DNA of 34,923 nucleotides from a virus. A model generated the notes under the pieces. That model was not told the DNA's origin. It made no database searches and saw only the letters and a list, made by a program, of their open reading frames with translations. Where the stretch lies: the UHGV virus genome UHGV-0207028; one strand, 5' to 3'. Positions 1-7,785 of this stretch are shown one piece after another (position 1 is the first letter of the stretch; each line of letters starts with the position of its first letter). Both the position numbers and the translations under genes were made by a program.

Positions 1-279
1 TTACACTAGCCATTCTTCCTCGCTGTCAAAGAAGTTATCATAATGTCCATGTTTCAATTCTGCATTTAGGCGTTCTTCCACTTTTAGAAACTGACATACT
101 TCCTTTTCTGCCTGATTTACATATTTCCATTCTCCCGATAATAATTCATTAGGGGTTACGTCCAGTACTTCCATTATCTTTTCCAGTGTATCAAAGGTAG
201 GATAATTCACTCCACGTTCAATCTTGGAAAGGCTCTGCATATTGATTCCGATTCTGTCCGCAAGTTCCTGTTGTTTCAT
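1..279 (-). CDS. XRE-family helix-turn-helix transcriptional regulator (Cro/C1-type)
   Basis: 92-aa ORF ending at the TAA at 1-3. N-terminal QQELADRIGINMQSLSKIERGVNYPTFDTLEKIMEVL is a typical HTH_XRE fold. It is divergent from the Rep_trans operon, with an AT-rich promoter region upstream (280-480). Confidence 0.7.
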   Translation of the reverse strand: MKQQELADRIGINMQSLSKIERGVNYPTFDTLEKIMEVLDVTPNELLSGEWKYVNQAEKEVCQFLKVEERLNAELKHGHYDNFFDSEEEWLV

Positions 280-590
280 TCTTCTAAATTTTCTTATAGT
301 TTGTATGTTCTCTCCTAAAAAACTGATTTTTTTATAAACTCCATAACTTTATATAACCTCCCGTTTCTTTTCTTTTTATCTCGTTTATAAGTATATCATA
401 CTTAATAAATTATAAAAAGTCAAGAAAATATATTGACAAATAATTCTAATAGCATTATTCTACTGTTATAGAAAGTGATTAAGCACGCTAGGGTCAATCA
501 CGCGCTTGAGTAAGCATAGAAAAGAGTTGTTTTCGCTTTGATAGCATGAATAGGCATGGACTATCTGACCGAAAATCATGGTTTCTGACT

Positions 591-650
591 GGGGCTGTCC
601 CGTTTAGCCACGAGCCTTACAAGGCTCGTGAGCGTTAAGAACGGGGCAGG
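591..650. repeat. Nested inverted repeats (cruciform). Inner perfect hairpin CACGAGCC-ttacaa-GGCTCGTG (609-630), flanked by outer imperfect IR GGGGCTGTCCCGTT(591-604)/AACGGGGCAGG(640-650).
   Basis: Read directly from the sequence. Located upstream of the Rep_trans gene, so a candidate nick site or oriT/dso. Confidence 0.55.
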
Positions 651-695
651 CACAGGCAAAAAGGGAACGTCTTTGGCGTTCCGTACAGGGCGTAT

Positions 696-741
696 ATGTA
701 ACACCGCCCTGCGCATACATGTAACACCGCCCTGCGCATAC
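696..741. repeat. Tandem direct repeat 2 x 23 bp (ATGTAACACCGCCCTGCGCATAC), iteron-like.
   Basis: Two exact adjacent 23-bp copies. A partial third copy ATGT follows. The preceding CAGGGCG is the inverse of the CGCCCTG inside the repeat. Confidence 0.7.
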
Positions 742-914
742 ATGTCATAGTACCTAGAAACTGTGATAAATAAAGGACAAAACGCTATTTTTACCCCGCA
801 AAAAAACGGGGCATACGAAAGGAGAAATGTACTATAACTACACACAAAAATTTATCCGTTAAGGTTGATTACATCAGCATTGTATTTGAAACGGCAACCG
901 CTGAAGATGTAATC

Positions 915-1925
915 ATGCGCATTTTAGATTTACCGACTGACATTTTCAATGTTTATCCAGCAATGATAAAATTCAAGACTTATCAAGCACGCTGGCAGAT
1001 TGGAGATATTTATGTATCGGGTGAAGCCAGAAAGACAGAGGACAACCCACAGGGACTTGGCTGTTATCTCGTTATGACCGGCAGAGGATGTGATGACATT
1101 TTCCGTATCCTTGATGACAGTGGCTTGACCTTTGGAGATATGTTCAGACGCTGTGAAAGACGATACGGGACAGGCAACTATCACTTCACCAGACTGGATA
1201 TTGCCATTGATGATAAGAACGAAAAACCATTCTTTACCATAGAGCAGATCAAGAAGAAATGCGAAAAAGAGGAATTTATCTCCAATAGTGAGGGCTACCA
1301 CTTTGACGAAAGCAAGTTTGACGATTTCGACACCGCAAAGACCGTCTATATCGGTGCCGGGAAATCGGGATTGTCCTACCGCTTTTATGACAAGGATAAG
1401 GAAGTCTGTACAAAGTATAACAAAACATTTGATGAAATCGGCAGTTGGAAACGGACAGAAATGCAACTGCGTGACGATAAGGCACATTCCTTTGCCATGG
1501 CATTCAAGGACAGACCGTGGGCACTGGGAGAACTGGCTTTCGGACTATTGGCAAACAACCTGCGCTTTGTCGTTCCAAACAGAAATGAAAGCAATAAGAG
1601 CCGATGGAAAACGTGCCGGTTCTGGGAACGCTTTTTAGGGGCTGTGGAAGTCTTGAAACTGCAAGTACCGAAACAGCAAAATTCCCTTGAAGAAACACAG
1701 CAATGGCTCACAGAGGGTGGCGTGATTTCCGCTGTCAAAAGTTTTTACTTCTTGGAAGAACATGACGCACTAGGTGGACTGGAACGGGTAGGAACTATGC
1801 TTGACAGGGCAAGATACAGTACGTCTCTTTCCAGTAAACTAACCGCCCATTTACAGAGGATAGATCGTACCGACCTTATCCCCTATATCCAGTATGACAC
1901 GAAACAAGGGAAAGGGGGCATCTGA
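915..1925 (+). CDS. Rep_trans-family replication initiator / relaxase (rolling-circle initiator typical of Tn916-like ICE/IME)
   Basis: 336-aa ORF. Its size, its position immediately upstream of xis-int, and the iterons and cruciform upstream fit Rep_trans (PF02486)-type proteins. There is no in-frame alternative start upstream (stop at 771-773). The RBS is weak. Confidence 0.6.
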   Translation: MRILDLPTDIFNVYPAMIKFKTYQARWQIGDIYVSGEARKTEDNPQGLGCYLVMTGRGCDDIFRILDDSGLTFGDMFRRCERRYGTGNYHFTRLDIAIDDKNEKPFFTIEQIKKKCEKEEFISNSEGYHFDESKFDDFDTAKTVYIGAGKSGLSYRFYDKDKEVCTKYNKTFDEIGSWKRTEMQLRDDKAHSFAMAFKDRPWALGELAFGLLANNLRFVVPNRNESNKSRWKTCRFWERFLGAVEVLKLQVPKQQNSLEETQQWLTEGGVISAVKSFYFLEEHDALGGLERVGTMLDRARYSTSLSSKLTAHLQRIDRTDLIPYIQYDTKQGKGGI

Positions 1926-2128
1926 TGAAGTACAACGAGATTCCCGTATGGGAAAAATACACCCTTACCATTGAAGAAGCGTCAAAGTATTTCCGTATCG
2001 GAGAAAACAAGTTAAGACGACTGGCAGAGGAAAACAGGGACGCTGGCTGGCTCATGATGAATGGAAACCGCATACAGATTAAACGGCGACAGTTTGAAAA
2101 GGTTATTGATAAATTGGACGCAATCTAG
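1925..2128 (+). CDS. xis: Excisionase, Tn916 Xis family
   Basis: 67 aa: [67 protein letters not shown]. This is nearly collinear with Tn916 Xis-Tn as I recall it. The ATG overlaps the Rep stop (ATCTGATGA). Confidence 0.85.
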   Translation: MKYNEIPVWEKYTLTIEEASKYFRIGENKLRRLAEENRDAGWLMMNGNRIQIKRRQFEKVIDKLDAI

Positions 2129-2206
2129 TGCAAATGAGCCTTGGTTGTGTTATGATGAACACAAGTCATATCAAGGCTCTTTCCAACACGGAAAGGAGCA
2201 GACACC

Positions 2207-3400
2207 ATGAAAGAACAAAGACGGGATAACAAAGGACGTATCCTGCATACCGGAGAGAGCCAGAGAAAAGACGGGAAATACTTATATAAATATGTTGACG
2301 CATTTGGAAACACAAAATATGTGTATTCCTGGAGATTGACACCCACAGACCCGACACCAAAAGGGAAACGGAAAAAGCCTTCCCTTCGAGAACTGGAACA
2401 ACAGATAAGACGGGATATTGAGGACGGTATCGACAGCACAGGCAAGAACATGACGCTTTGCCAACTCTACGCCAAACAGAACGCACAGAGGGCAAACGTG
2501 AAGAAAAGCACGCAGAGGCAAAGAAAACAGCTCATGCGGTTATTACAGGAGGATAAGTTAGGTGCCAGGAGCATTGACAGTATCAAGCCCTCTGACGCCA
2601 GGGAATGGGCGTTACGGATGCAGGAGAACGGGTTTGCCTACAGTACCATCAGCAACCATAAACGCTCGTTAAAGGCTTCCTTCTACATAGCGGTACAGGA
2701 TGATTATGTGCGAAAAAATCCCTTTGATTTCAAGTTGAGTGAAGTGATAGAGAATGATACCAAGCCCAAGGTCGTATTGACAGAGGGACAGAAACAGTCT
2801 TTTCTGACTTTCATCCGCACAGATCATGTATATCACAGGTATTATGATGATGTGCTGATTCTGTTAAAGACCGGACTTCGTATCTCGGAACTGTGCGGAC
2901 TGACAGTAGCCGATATTGATTTCAAAAATGAAGTTGTGAGTATCGACCACCAGTTACTAAAGAGCAAGGAACAGGGGTATTATATTGAAACGCCTAAAAC
3001 AAAAAGCGGAACAAGGCAGGTGCCATTAAGCAAAGAAACGATACGAGCATTCCAAAGGGTTTTCAAGAAACAACCCAAGAGCCAGCCGATCGAGATAGAC
3101 GGGTACAGTCGTTTTCTGTTCGTGAATCGAAAAGGCAAGCCGAAAATAGCACTGGATTACAGCAACCTGTTTGCCCGTATGGTGAAGAAATACAACAAGC
3201 ACCATAGGAACAATCCTCTGCCACATATCACACCGCATACGCTCCGCCATACGTTCTGTACGAGGCTGGCAGGCAAGAACATGAACCCAAAAGATTTACA
3301 GTATATCATGGGGCATTCAAATATCAGTATCACCATGAACTGGTACGCACATGCGTCCATAGATACGGCAAAGGCAGAGGTTCAGCGTCTCATCGCATAA
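2207..3400 (+). CDS. int: Tyrosine integrase, Tn916 Int family
   Basis: 397 aa. The N-terminal arm-binding region (RRDNKGRILHTGESQRKDGKYLYKYVD) and C-terminal catalytic residues (HTLRHTFCT, MGHSNISITMNWYAH with Tyr) parallel Int-Tn916. RBS AAGGAG lies 9 nt upstream. Confidence 0.9.
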   Translation: MKEQRRDNKGRILHTGESQRKDGKYLYKYVDAFGNTKYVYSWRLTPTDPTPKGKRKKPSLRELEQQIRRDIEDGIDSTGKNMTLCQLYAKQNAQRANVKKSTQRQRKQLMRLLQEDKLGARSIDSIKPSDAREWALRMQENGFAYSTISNHKRSLKASFYIAVQDDYVRKNPFDFKLSEVIENDTKPKVVLTEGQKQSFLTFIRTDHVYHRYYDDVLILLKTGLRISELCGLTVADIDFKNEVVSIDHQLLKSKEQGYYIETPKTKSGTRQVPLSKETIRAFQRVFKKQPKSQPIEIDGYSRFLFVNRKGKPKIALDYSNLFARMVKKYNKHHRNNPLPHITPHTLRHTFCTRLAGKNMNPKDLQYIMGHSNISITMNWYAHASIDTAKAEVQRLIA

Positions 3401-3623
3401 GAAGTATTGACCACGATTTTAACCACGTTTGACAGGCAAAATATAAGAAGATAGACCTAGAAACGTGAGGTTTAGCAAAACAGAAAAATGCCCGTAGAGC
3501 CGATAAAATAAGGCTTTACGGACATTCAAGAAGATATAAAAAGATAGTCAAAAAGACATATATAATTTATGATAAATGGCCTATGGCTTTTTAATAAAAA
3601 CAAATGAAAAGAGGAATATGAGT

Positions 3624-4754
3624 ATGAAAAGTAATTTATTTACACTATTAAGTATTCCAGAACTTCCCACTAATCGTAACTATTGGATTGTTCGTAGCAA
3701 TGGCGGAATTTTTTATGATGATTTTGTAATGCATGATTATATTGCTATTTCTTGGGATTATGTTACAACAAATATAATGTGTAATGAATCCGAGGCAACT
3801 ATTCGTGCCATTATTGAATCGCAAGAAAAAGTAAATCCTTCTCATGATGGAGAGGATGACACTTTAGACACTGAAGAGCGTGGAACTAAGTCAAAAATAA
3901 CTACGATTTTTAATAAACTACAGCGTTTTATAAATGAATTTTCTGTGAATGACATTGTTTTGGTTCCGAGTAAAGATTCTGACAGAATTTCCATAGGCGT
4001 TATCAAGAGTACTGTTTATGAAGATTCGCAATATGTTCAAAACTATTTATCTGAGGATCCAAACACGGAATTAACACTATGTCCCTATTTTAAAAGACGT
4101 AAGGTTCAATGGATTAAGCATCTAACTAAACAAACTGCTGATATTTATTTAATGAAAGCATTTAATTCACAACATGCCTTATCAAAAATGAATGATTATG
4201 CCCCTTATATTGATAGGACAATCTACCCTATCTATAAGAAAAATGATGAGGTACATTCAACCCTTCATGCAGGGCATCCAAATGGAATGTCTCTCAAAGA
4301 ACTTAGTGATTTAGCACTTAATTTAAATAGTGCTATAGCAGATATATCTGAACAATGCGAATTGCCCATAAAAGAAAAAGAAATCCAGGTTAAATTAAAT
4401 ATTCATTCCCCTGGTTTAATTGAACTTATAGGATATGGAGCGGCCGCCGGGGTTTTTGTTTCTATACTTATGTTCTCGATTAATCATTTAATCAATGGTG
4501 GAAAGCTTAATTTGTCATTCAAAAAAGATAATAATGGTAATATTGATTTTTCTGTTGACGCAGAAACAAAGGGATTAAAGGGACGCGCAGAAGAACGGAA
4601 GAAACTTGAACTCAAAGAGCAAGCACAAATGGCAACTCTCATCAAAGAATTAGATGTAAAAAATCCCGAATTGATTTCCGATGTACTTTTTCACTATAAT
4701 GGACAATCTAATCAAATTGACGAATTAGAAAATACAGAAAAAAAAGAAGAATAG
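3624..4754 (+). CDS. Hypothetical protein: N-terminal soluble domain, one predicted TM helix (GLIELIGYGAAAGVFVSILMFSINHLI) and a charged coiled-coil C-terminus
   Basis: The long ORF runs 3576-4754. The best RBS (GAGGA, 8 nt) serves the ATG at 3624 (MKSNLF...). The gene is very AT-rich compared with its neighbours. I recognise no family. Confidence 0.6.
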   Translation: MKSNLFTLLSIPELPTNRNYWIVRSNGGIFYDDFVMHDYIAISWDYVTTNIMCNESEATIRAIIESQEKVNPSHDGEDDTLDTEERGTKSKITTIFNKLQRFINEFSVNDIVLVPSKDSDRISIGVIKSTVYEDSQYVQNYLSEDPNTELTLCPYFKRRKVQWIKHLTKQTADIYLMKAFNSQHALSKMNDYAPYIDRTIYPIYKKNDEVHSTLHAGHPNGMSLKELSDLALNLNSAIADISEQCELPIKEKEIQVKLNIHSPGLIELIGYGAAAGVFVSILMFSINHLINGGKLNLSFKKDNNGNIDFSVDAETKGLKGRAEERKKLELKEQAQMATLIKELDVKNPELISDVLFHYNGQSNQIDELENTEKKEE

Positions 4755-4759
4755 TTTTT

Positions 4760-4984
4760 CTATTCTTCCAATCGGAACACACGATGTATATATAAATTGA
4801 TTTTTACCCTGTATCTTTTACGAGAAAAAATAATAGGGGCTATAAGCACTATAGCTACTCTAACGCCTTCATTTTTAATAAAAGAGGTTACAGAAATCAT
4901 AACTAAGATCATTGTAAAATATAAAATGGCTGTCATGCAATATGCATCAATCTTTTTATGATGCTTTATAAAAAAAGTATTCAT
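4760..4984 (-). CDS. Small (74 aa) predicted 2-TM membrane protein, convergent with the 3624-4754 gene
   Basis: RBS AAGGGGGTG 6 nt upstream of the ATG at 4984. Two hydrophobic helices are evident. It is AT-rich like its neighbour. It could still be spurious. Confidence 0.35.
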   Translation of the reverse strand: MNTFFIKHHKKIDAYCMTAILYFTMILVMISVTSFIKNEGVRVAIVLIAPIIFSRKRYRVKINLYIHRVFRLEE

Positions 4985-5226
4985 TCATGACACCCCCTTA
5001 TTTTCTCTTCAACTCAAATATAATCATTTTTATTGCTTATTGCAATAGATATTTTGTGAACAATTGTTACAAAAATTTTAAATTTGTCTATAGAATTAGA
5101 AATCCCCAGGAGCCGCGAACTCCCGCGCTCCCGGGGCCACCACCTTGACAATAATATCCTTACCTGGGCAGCCGGGAGGGCGTGCGTGCCATTCGTTCTG
5201 AGTCTTGACAGGAAGGATGGTTGCTT

Positions 5227-5307
5227 ATGAGTACATATGAGGAGTTTGAGATTATATTAGGCGTTGCCTTGTTAATCGTTGCAATCCTGAACATGAAAAA
5301 TAAGTAA
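5227..5307 (+). CDS. 26-aa hydrophobic peptide MSTYEEFEIILGVALLIVAILNMKNK. It resembles the Firmicutes holin-like toxin (Hol-Tox) small-peptide family, so a candidate type I toxin.
   Basis: ATG 5227, TAA 5305-5307. An RBS-like GGAAGGA lies 9 nt upstream. A single TM segment is followed by a KNK tail. It is preceded by a GC-rich structured leader (5101-5226). Confidence 0.45.
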   Translation: MSTYEEFEIILGVALLIVAILNMKNK

Positions 5308-5604
5308 GCCGCCCTGCTCCTTGGCCGGATGGGCGACTTACTAAAGTTGTTATAATTCGCCAGGACGGATAGGCTTAATCTATCTCCCGGCTGTCTTGTT
5401 AAGTATATTATACCAAATATACGGAAATTGTCAAATGTGAAAAGCGGCCCTGTTACCAGCAGGAGCCGCCCTCACATAGATTTCTCTTTCCGGACGAATC
5501 CAGGAAGATATAATCAACTAAACACACCTGAATTATATCATTCCTGAAACGTTCTGGCAAGAGGACGTATTTCTTTTACCCATTTTTTAAGGAGGAATGA
5601 TACC

Positions 5605-6999
5605 ATGGCAACCGCAGTACCATATAAAGACAAAGACGGCCGGATTGTCTCCTACCAGATTCAGGTATTCCGCGGCCGAGACAGTGCCGGTAAGAAGCTT
5701 AAGCCCTACACAGAGAGCTGGAAAGTACCGGAGACGTATAAATCTGAGAAGGCCATCAAAAAGGCGCTGGAAAAGGCCATGGGTGAGTTTGAGGCCAGGT
5801 GCAAGGAAGGTAAGATATCCGTAGATACCAGTACGCTGTCCGAATACTGCAGGCGTTATATTGAACTCAAACGTGGAAACAAGAAAAAATCGGTCGCCTT
5901 CTATGAATCCCTCATGCCCAGGATAGACGCCGAAATAGGCTTCATCCGCCTAGACAAGCTGCGCGCAAAGCATCTGGATGATTTCTATCTGAAGCTTCAG
6001 CAGGAGGGAATCCGGAAGGATACAAAAGCGGTCGCCAGGGACAGTCTGATATCCGAACGTAATAAGCAGAAGCTTACCAATAAGGCCTTGGGCGATTTGA
6101 CCGGGCTCACCCCTACAACAGTTGGCATAGCGATGAAGAAGCGGAACGTGAACCTCCTGACGGCTGAGAAACTATCATCGGCATTGAACCGGAGTGTTTC
6201 AGACCTGTTTGAGATCATAACCCTTGGGGACAAAGAGGGGCTATCCGCAAAAACCGTAGGACACTACCACACATTCATCCACTCCGTCCTTGAAATGGCC
6301 TGCCAGAAAGGGGATATGGCACTCAACGTAGCCAGCAGGGCCACTCCGCCGGCTATCGTGAAAAAGGAAGCGGAATATCTGGAGATAGATGATATCATCA
6401 GGATACGCGAATGTCTTGAAAAGTACCCGATGAAATACAGGGTCATGGTCTGTCTGCTCGTGGATACCGGCGTGCGCCGCGGGGAGTTATTCGGAATCCG
6501 ATGGCCGGTCATTGATTTTGGTAAAAAAGAGATACTGATTGACCGGAATATACAGAGGTTAAAAGGTATCGGTCTGTATGCAGATACACCAAAAGGCAAA
6601 AAATCAAGGGTAGTCAGTATATCAGACGAGATGACAGATTTGCTTAAGGAATACCAGGAATATCAGAAAAAAGAACTGTTCTATGTTGAAGACCCAAATT
6701 ACAATAAAGAACAGTATTTATTCATTCAGGAAAACGGGAACGTAATGGATCCCCACAGCCTGAACCACTGGATCATTGATTTTCAAAAGGCTGAGAACCT
6801 GCCGCATATCTATCCACATAAGTTCAGGCATTCACAGGCCAGCATACTGCTTTACTCCGGTATTGATATCGTGACCGTGGCAGGAAGGCTTGGACATGCC
6901 CAATCCAGCACAACCGGGAACCTATACGGCCATATCCTTCGTCACGCTGACCGGCGCGCATCGGATGCCGTAGCCAGTGCTTTATATAGAAAACGATGA
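5605..6999 (+). CDS. int: Tyrosine recombinase (phage-type integrase) with an inserted XRE-type HTH domain
   Basis: 464 aa. N-terminal arm-binding domain. Catalytic motifs HKFRHSQAS and LGHAQSSTTGNLYGH (Tyr nucleophile), plus R in GVRRGEL. Residues around 150-215 (NKQKLTNKALGDLTGLTPTTVGIAMKKRNVNLLTAEKLSSALNRSVSDLFEI) read as an HTH_XRE insertion. RBS AAGGAGG lies upstream. Confidence 0.9.
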   Translation: MATAVPYKDKDGRIVSYQIQVFRGRDSAGKKLKPYTESWKVPETYKSEKAIKKALEKAMGEFEARCKEGKISVDTSTLSEYCRRYIELKRGNKKKSVAFYESLMPRIDAEIGFIRLDKLRAKHLDDFYLKLQQEGIRKDTKAVARDSLISERNKQKLTNKALGDLTGLTPTTVGIAMKKRNVNLLTAEKLSSALNRSVSDLFEIITLGDKEGLSAKTVGHYHTFIHSVLEMACQKGDMALNVASRATPPAIVKKEAEYLEIDDIIRIRECLEKYPMKYRVMVCLLVDTGVRRGELFGIRWPVIDFGKKEILIDRNIQRLKGIGLYADTPKGKKSRVVSISDEMTDLLKEYQEYQKKELFYVEDPNYNKEQYLFIQENGNVMDPHSLNHWIIDFQKAENLPHIYPHKFRHSQASILLYSGIDIVTVAGRLGHAQSSTTGNLYGHILRHADRRASDAVASALYRKR

Positions 7000-7005
7000 T
7001 GAAAA

Positions 7006-7025
7006 TTTATGGACTATTTATGGAC
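7006..7025 (+). repeat. Two direct TTTATGGAC arm-type repeats (7006-7014 and 7017-7025), 11-bp register, immediately after the int stop
   Basis: Read from the sequence. The same 9-mer pair recurs at 7274-7293 on the other side of the tRNA-fragment core. Confidence 0.6.
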
Positions 7026-7167
7026 AGAATTTAAAAAAGTCCTCAGAAACAACGAAAAATGACAAGATTTACAAATTTTAACAAACCCGGGAAGCCGCAT
7101 AAAATAAAGGTTTTTCGCAAATTATGAAAATGCTAAAAAGTTACAATTTTAACAATGTCAAATTCAT

Positions 7168-7204
7168 ACCCGTGGTGTCGAGAGTTCGAATCTCCCTTCC
7201 GCTA
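7168..7204 (+). other. 3' fragment of a tRNA gene (T-arm GAGAG-TTCGAAT-CTCCC, acceptor 3' strand TTCCGCT, discriminator A). This is the att core. The 5' half of the tRNA is absent.
   Basis: The canonical T-loop TTCGAAT lies at 7185-7191. No complementary AGCGGAA acceptor 5' strand is found upstream. An intrinsic terminator follows. Confidence 0.5.
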
Positions 7205-7208
7205 CTTG

Positions 7209-7242
7209 AAAACCCTTGTAAAATCAAGGGTTTTTGTTTTTT
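7209..7242 (+). terminator. Rho-independent terminator (AAAACCCTTG-taaaat-CAAGGGTTTT then T-run) downstream of the tRNA fragment
   Basis: Perfect 10-bp stem, 6-nt loop, followed by TGTTTTTTAT. Confidence 0.65.
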
Positions 7243-7273
7243 ATAACTATATGCAGTTACCATGAAAAAATCA

Positions 7274-7293
7274 TTTATGGACTTTTTATGGAC
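7274..7293 (+). repeat. Second pair of direct TTTATGGAC repeats (7274-7282 and 7285-7293), 11-bp register
   Basis: Same 9-mer and same orientation as 7006-7025. Together the two pairs bracket the core, giving an attP-like arrangement. Confidence 0.6.
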
Positions 7294-7355
7294 TACTTTC
7301 TTCTATCAATATAGAACGGCGGGCCCGGTCACATCCGGTACCCGCCTGTTACAGA

Positions 7356-7541
7356 TCAATCAACATTCAGCTTTGTCCCCATTATTAAAACCATTTCCAG
7401 GCCTGTCGATGCGGTCTTATCATCAACATAGCGTATATCCTTCATATTTAAATAATTTAATAACTTTTCCATAGCGGTGAACGCGTCTTCAGCCGCTTTT
7501 AGAGATTGATATTGAACATATGGATCTCCAACCTGAACCAT
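7356..7541 (-). CDS. Small hypothetical protein (61 aa) next to the att site
   Basis: Strong RBS GGGAGGGGAGG 9 nt upstream of ATG 7541. A TATAAT -10 element lies just upstream. I recognise no domain. Confidence 0.45.
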   Translation of the reverse strand: MVQVGDPYVQYQSLKAAEDAFTAMEKLLNYLNMKDIRYVDDKTASTGLEMVLIMGTKLNVD

Positions 7542-7785
7542 GACCTTTTTCCTCCCCTCCCTTCATTATATTAGCATATCATGAGGGAGGATGTCGTTAA
7601 GATTTTGTTAGGATTTTGTTCATGTTTTGTCTATATCTGTTTATTAAATTAAGTATGTATGTGGCATCCATGCTTTTCATACACTTTTTCAAGGGGCTGG
7701 CAGGCAACTGCCGGTCCTCCTCTTTTATCCTGCCAGCCTCCTCACGTTTGAGGGCACCTCACGGCCGAAAATTCGGCTGTGAGCA

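Larger units (their letters stand above)
1..3570 (+). mobile_element. Right (integrase-proximal) end of a Tn916-family integrative conjugative/mobilizable element (regulator, Rep_trans initiator, Xis, Int). The element continues beyond the window start.
   Basis: Gene order Rep_trans-xis-int, with Xis and Int closely resembling Tn916 Xis-Tn and Int-Tn as I recall them. An AT-rich terminus follows the int stop (3400-3570). The exact end is not determinable by eye. Confidence 0.6.

Noticed and set aside
696-741. Possible CRISPR array
   Set aside because: Only two directly abutting copies with no spacers, so it is a tandem duplication or iteron, not CRISPR.
576-845. 89-aa minus-strand ORF across the hairpin and iteron region
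   Set aside because: It overlaps the cruciform and tandem repeats, has an odd composition and has no RBS. I take the region to be regulatory or origin DNA rather than coding.
930-1738. Several minus- and plus-strand ORFs (185, 75, 116, 117 and 64 aa) inside the Rep_trans gene
   Set aside because: Alternative-frame or antisense ORFs nested in a well-supported gene. Low-complexity translations.
7132-7204. Intact tRNA gene
   Set aside because: T-arm and acceptor 3' strand are present, but no complementary acceptor 5' strand or D/anticodon arms lie upstream. It is a 3' fragment (att core) only.
7262-7474. 70-aa plus-strand ORF (MKKSFMDFLWTTFF...)
   Set aside because: It overlaps the TTTATGGAC arm repeats and lies antisense to the better-supported 7356-7541 gene. 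The translation reflects repeat sequence.
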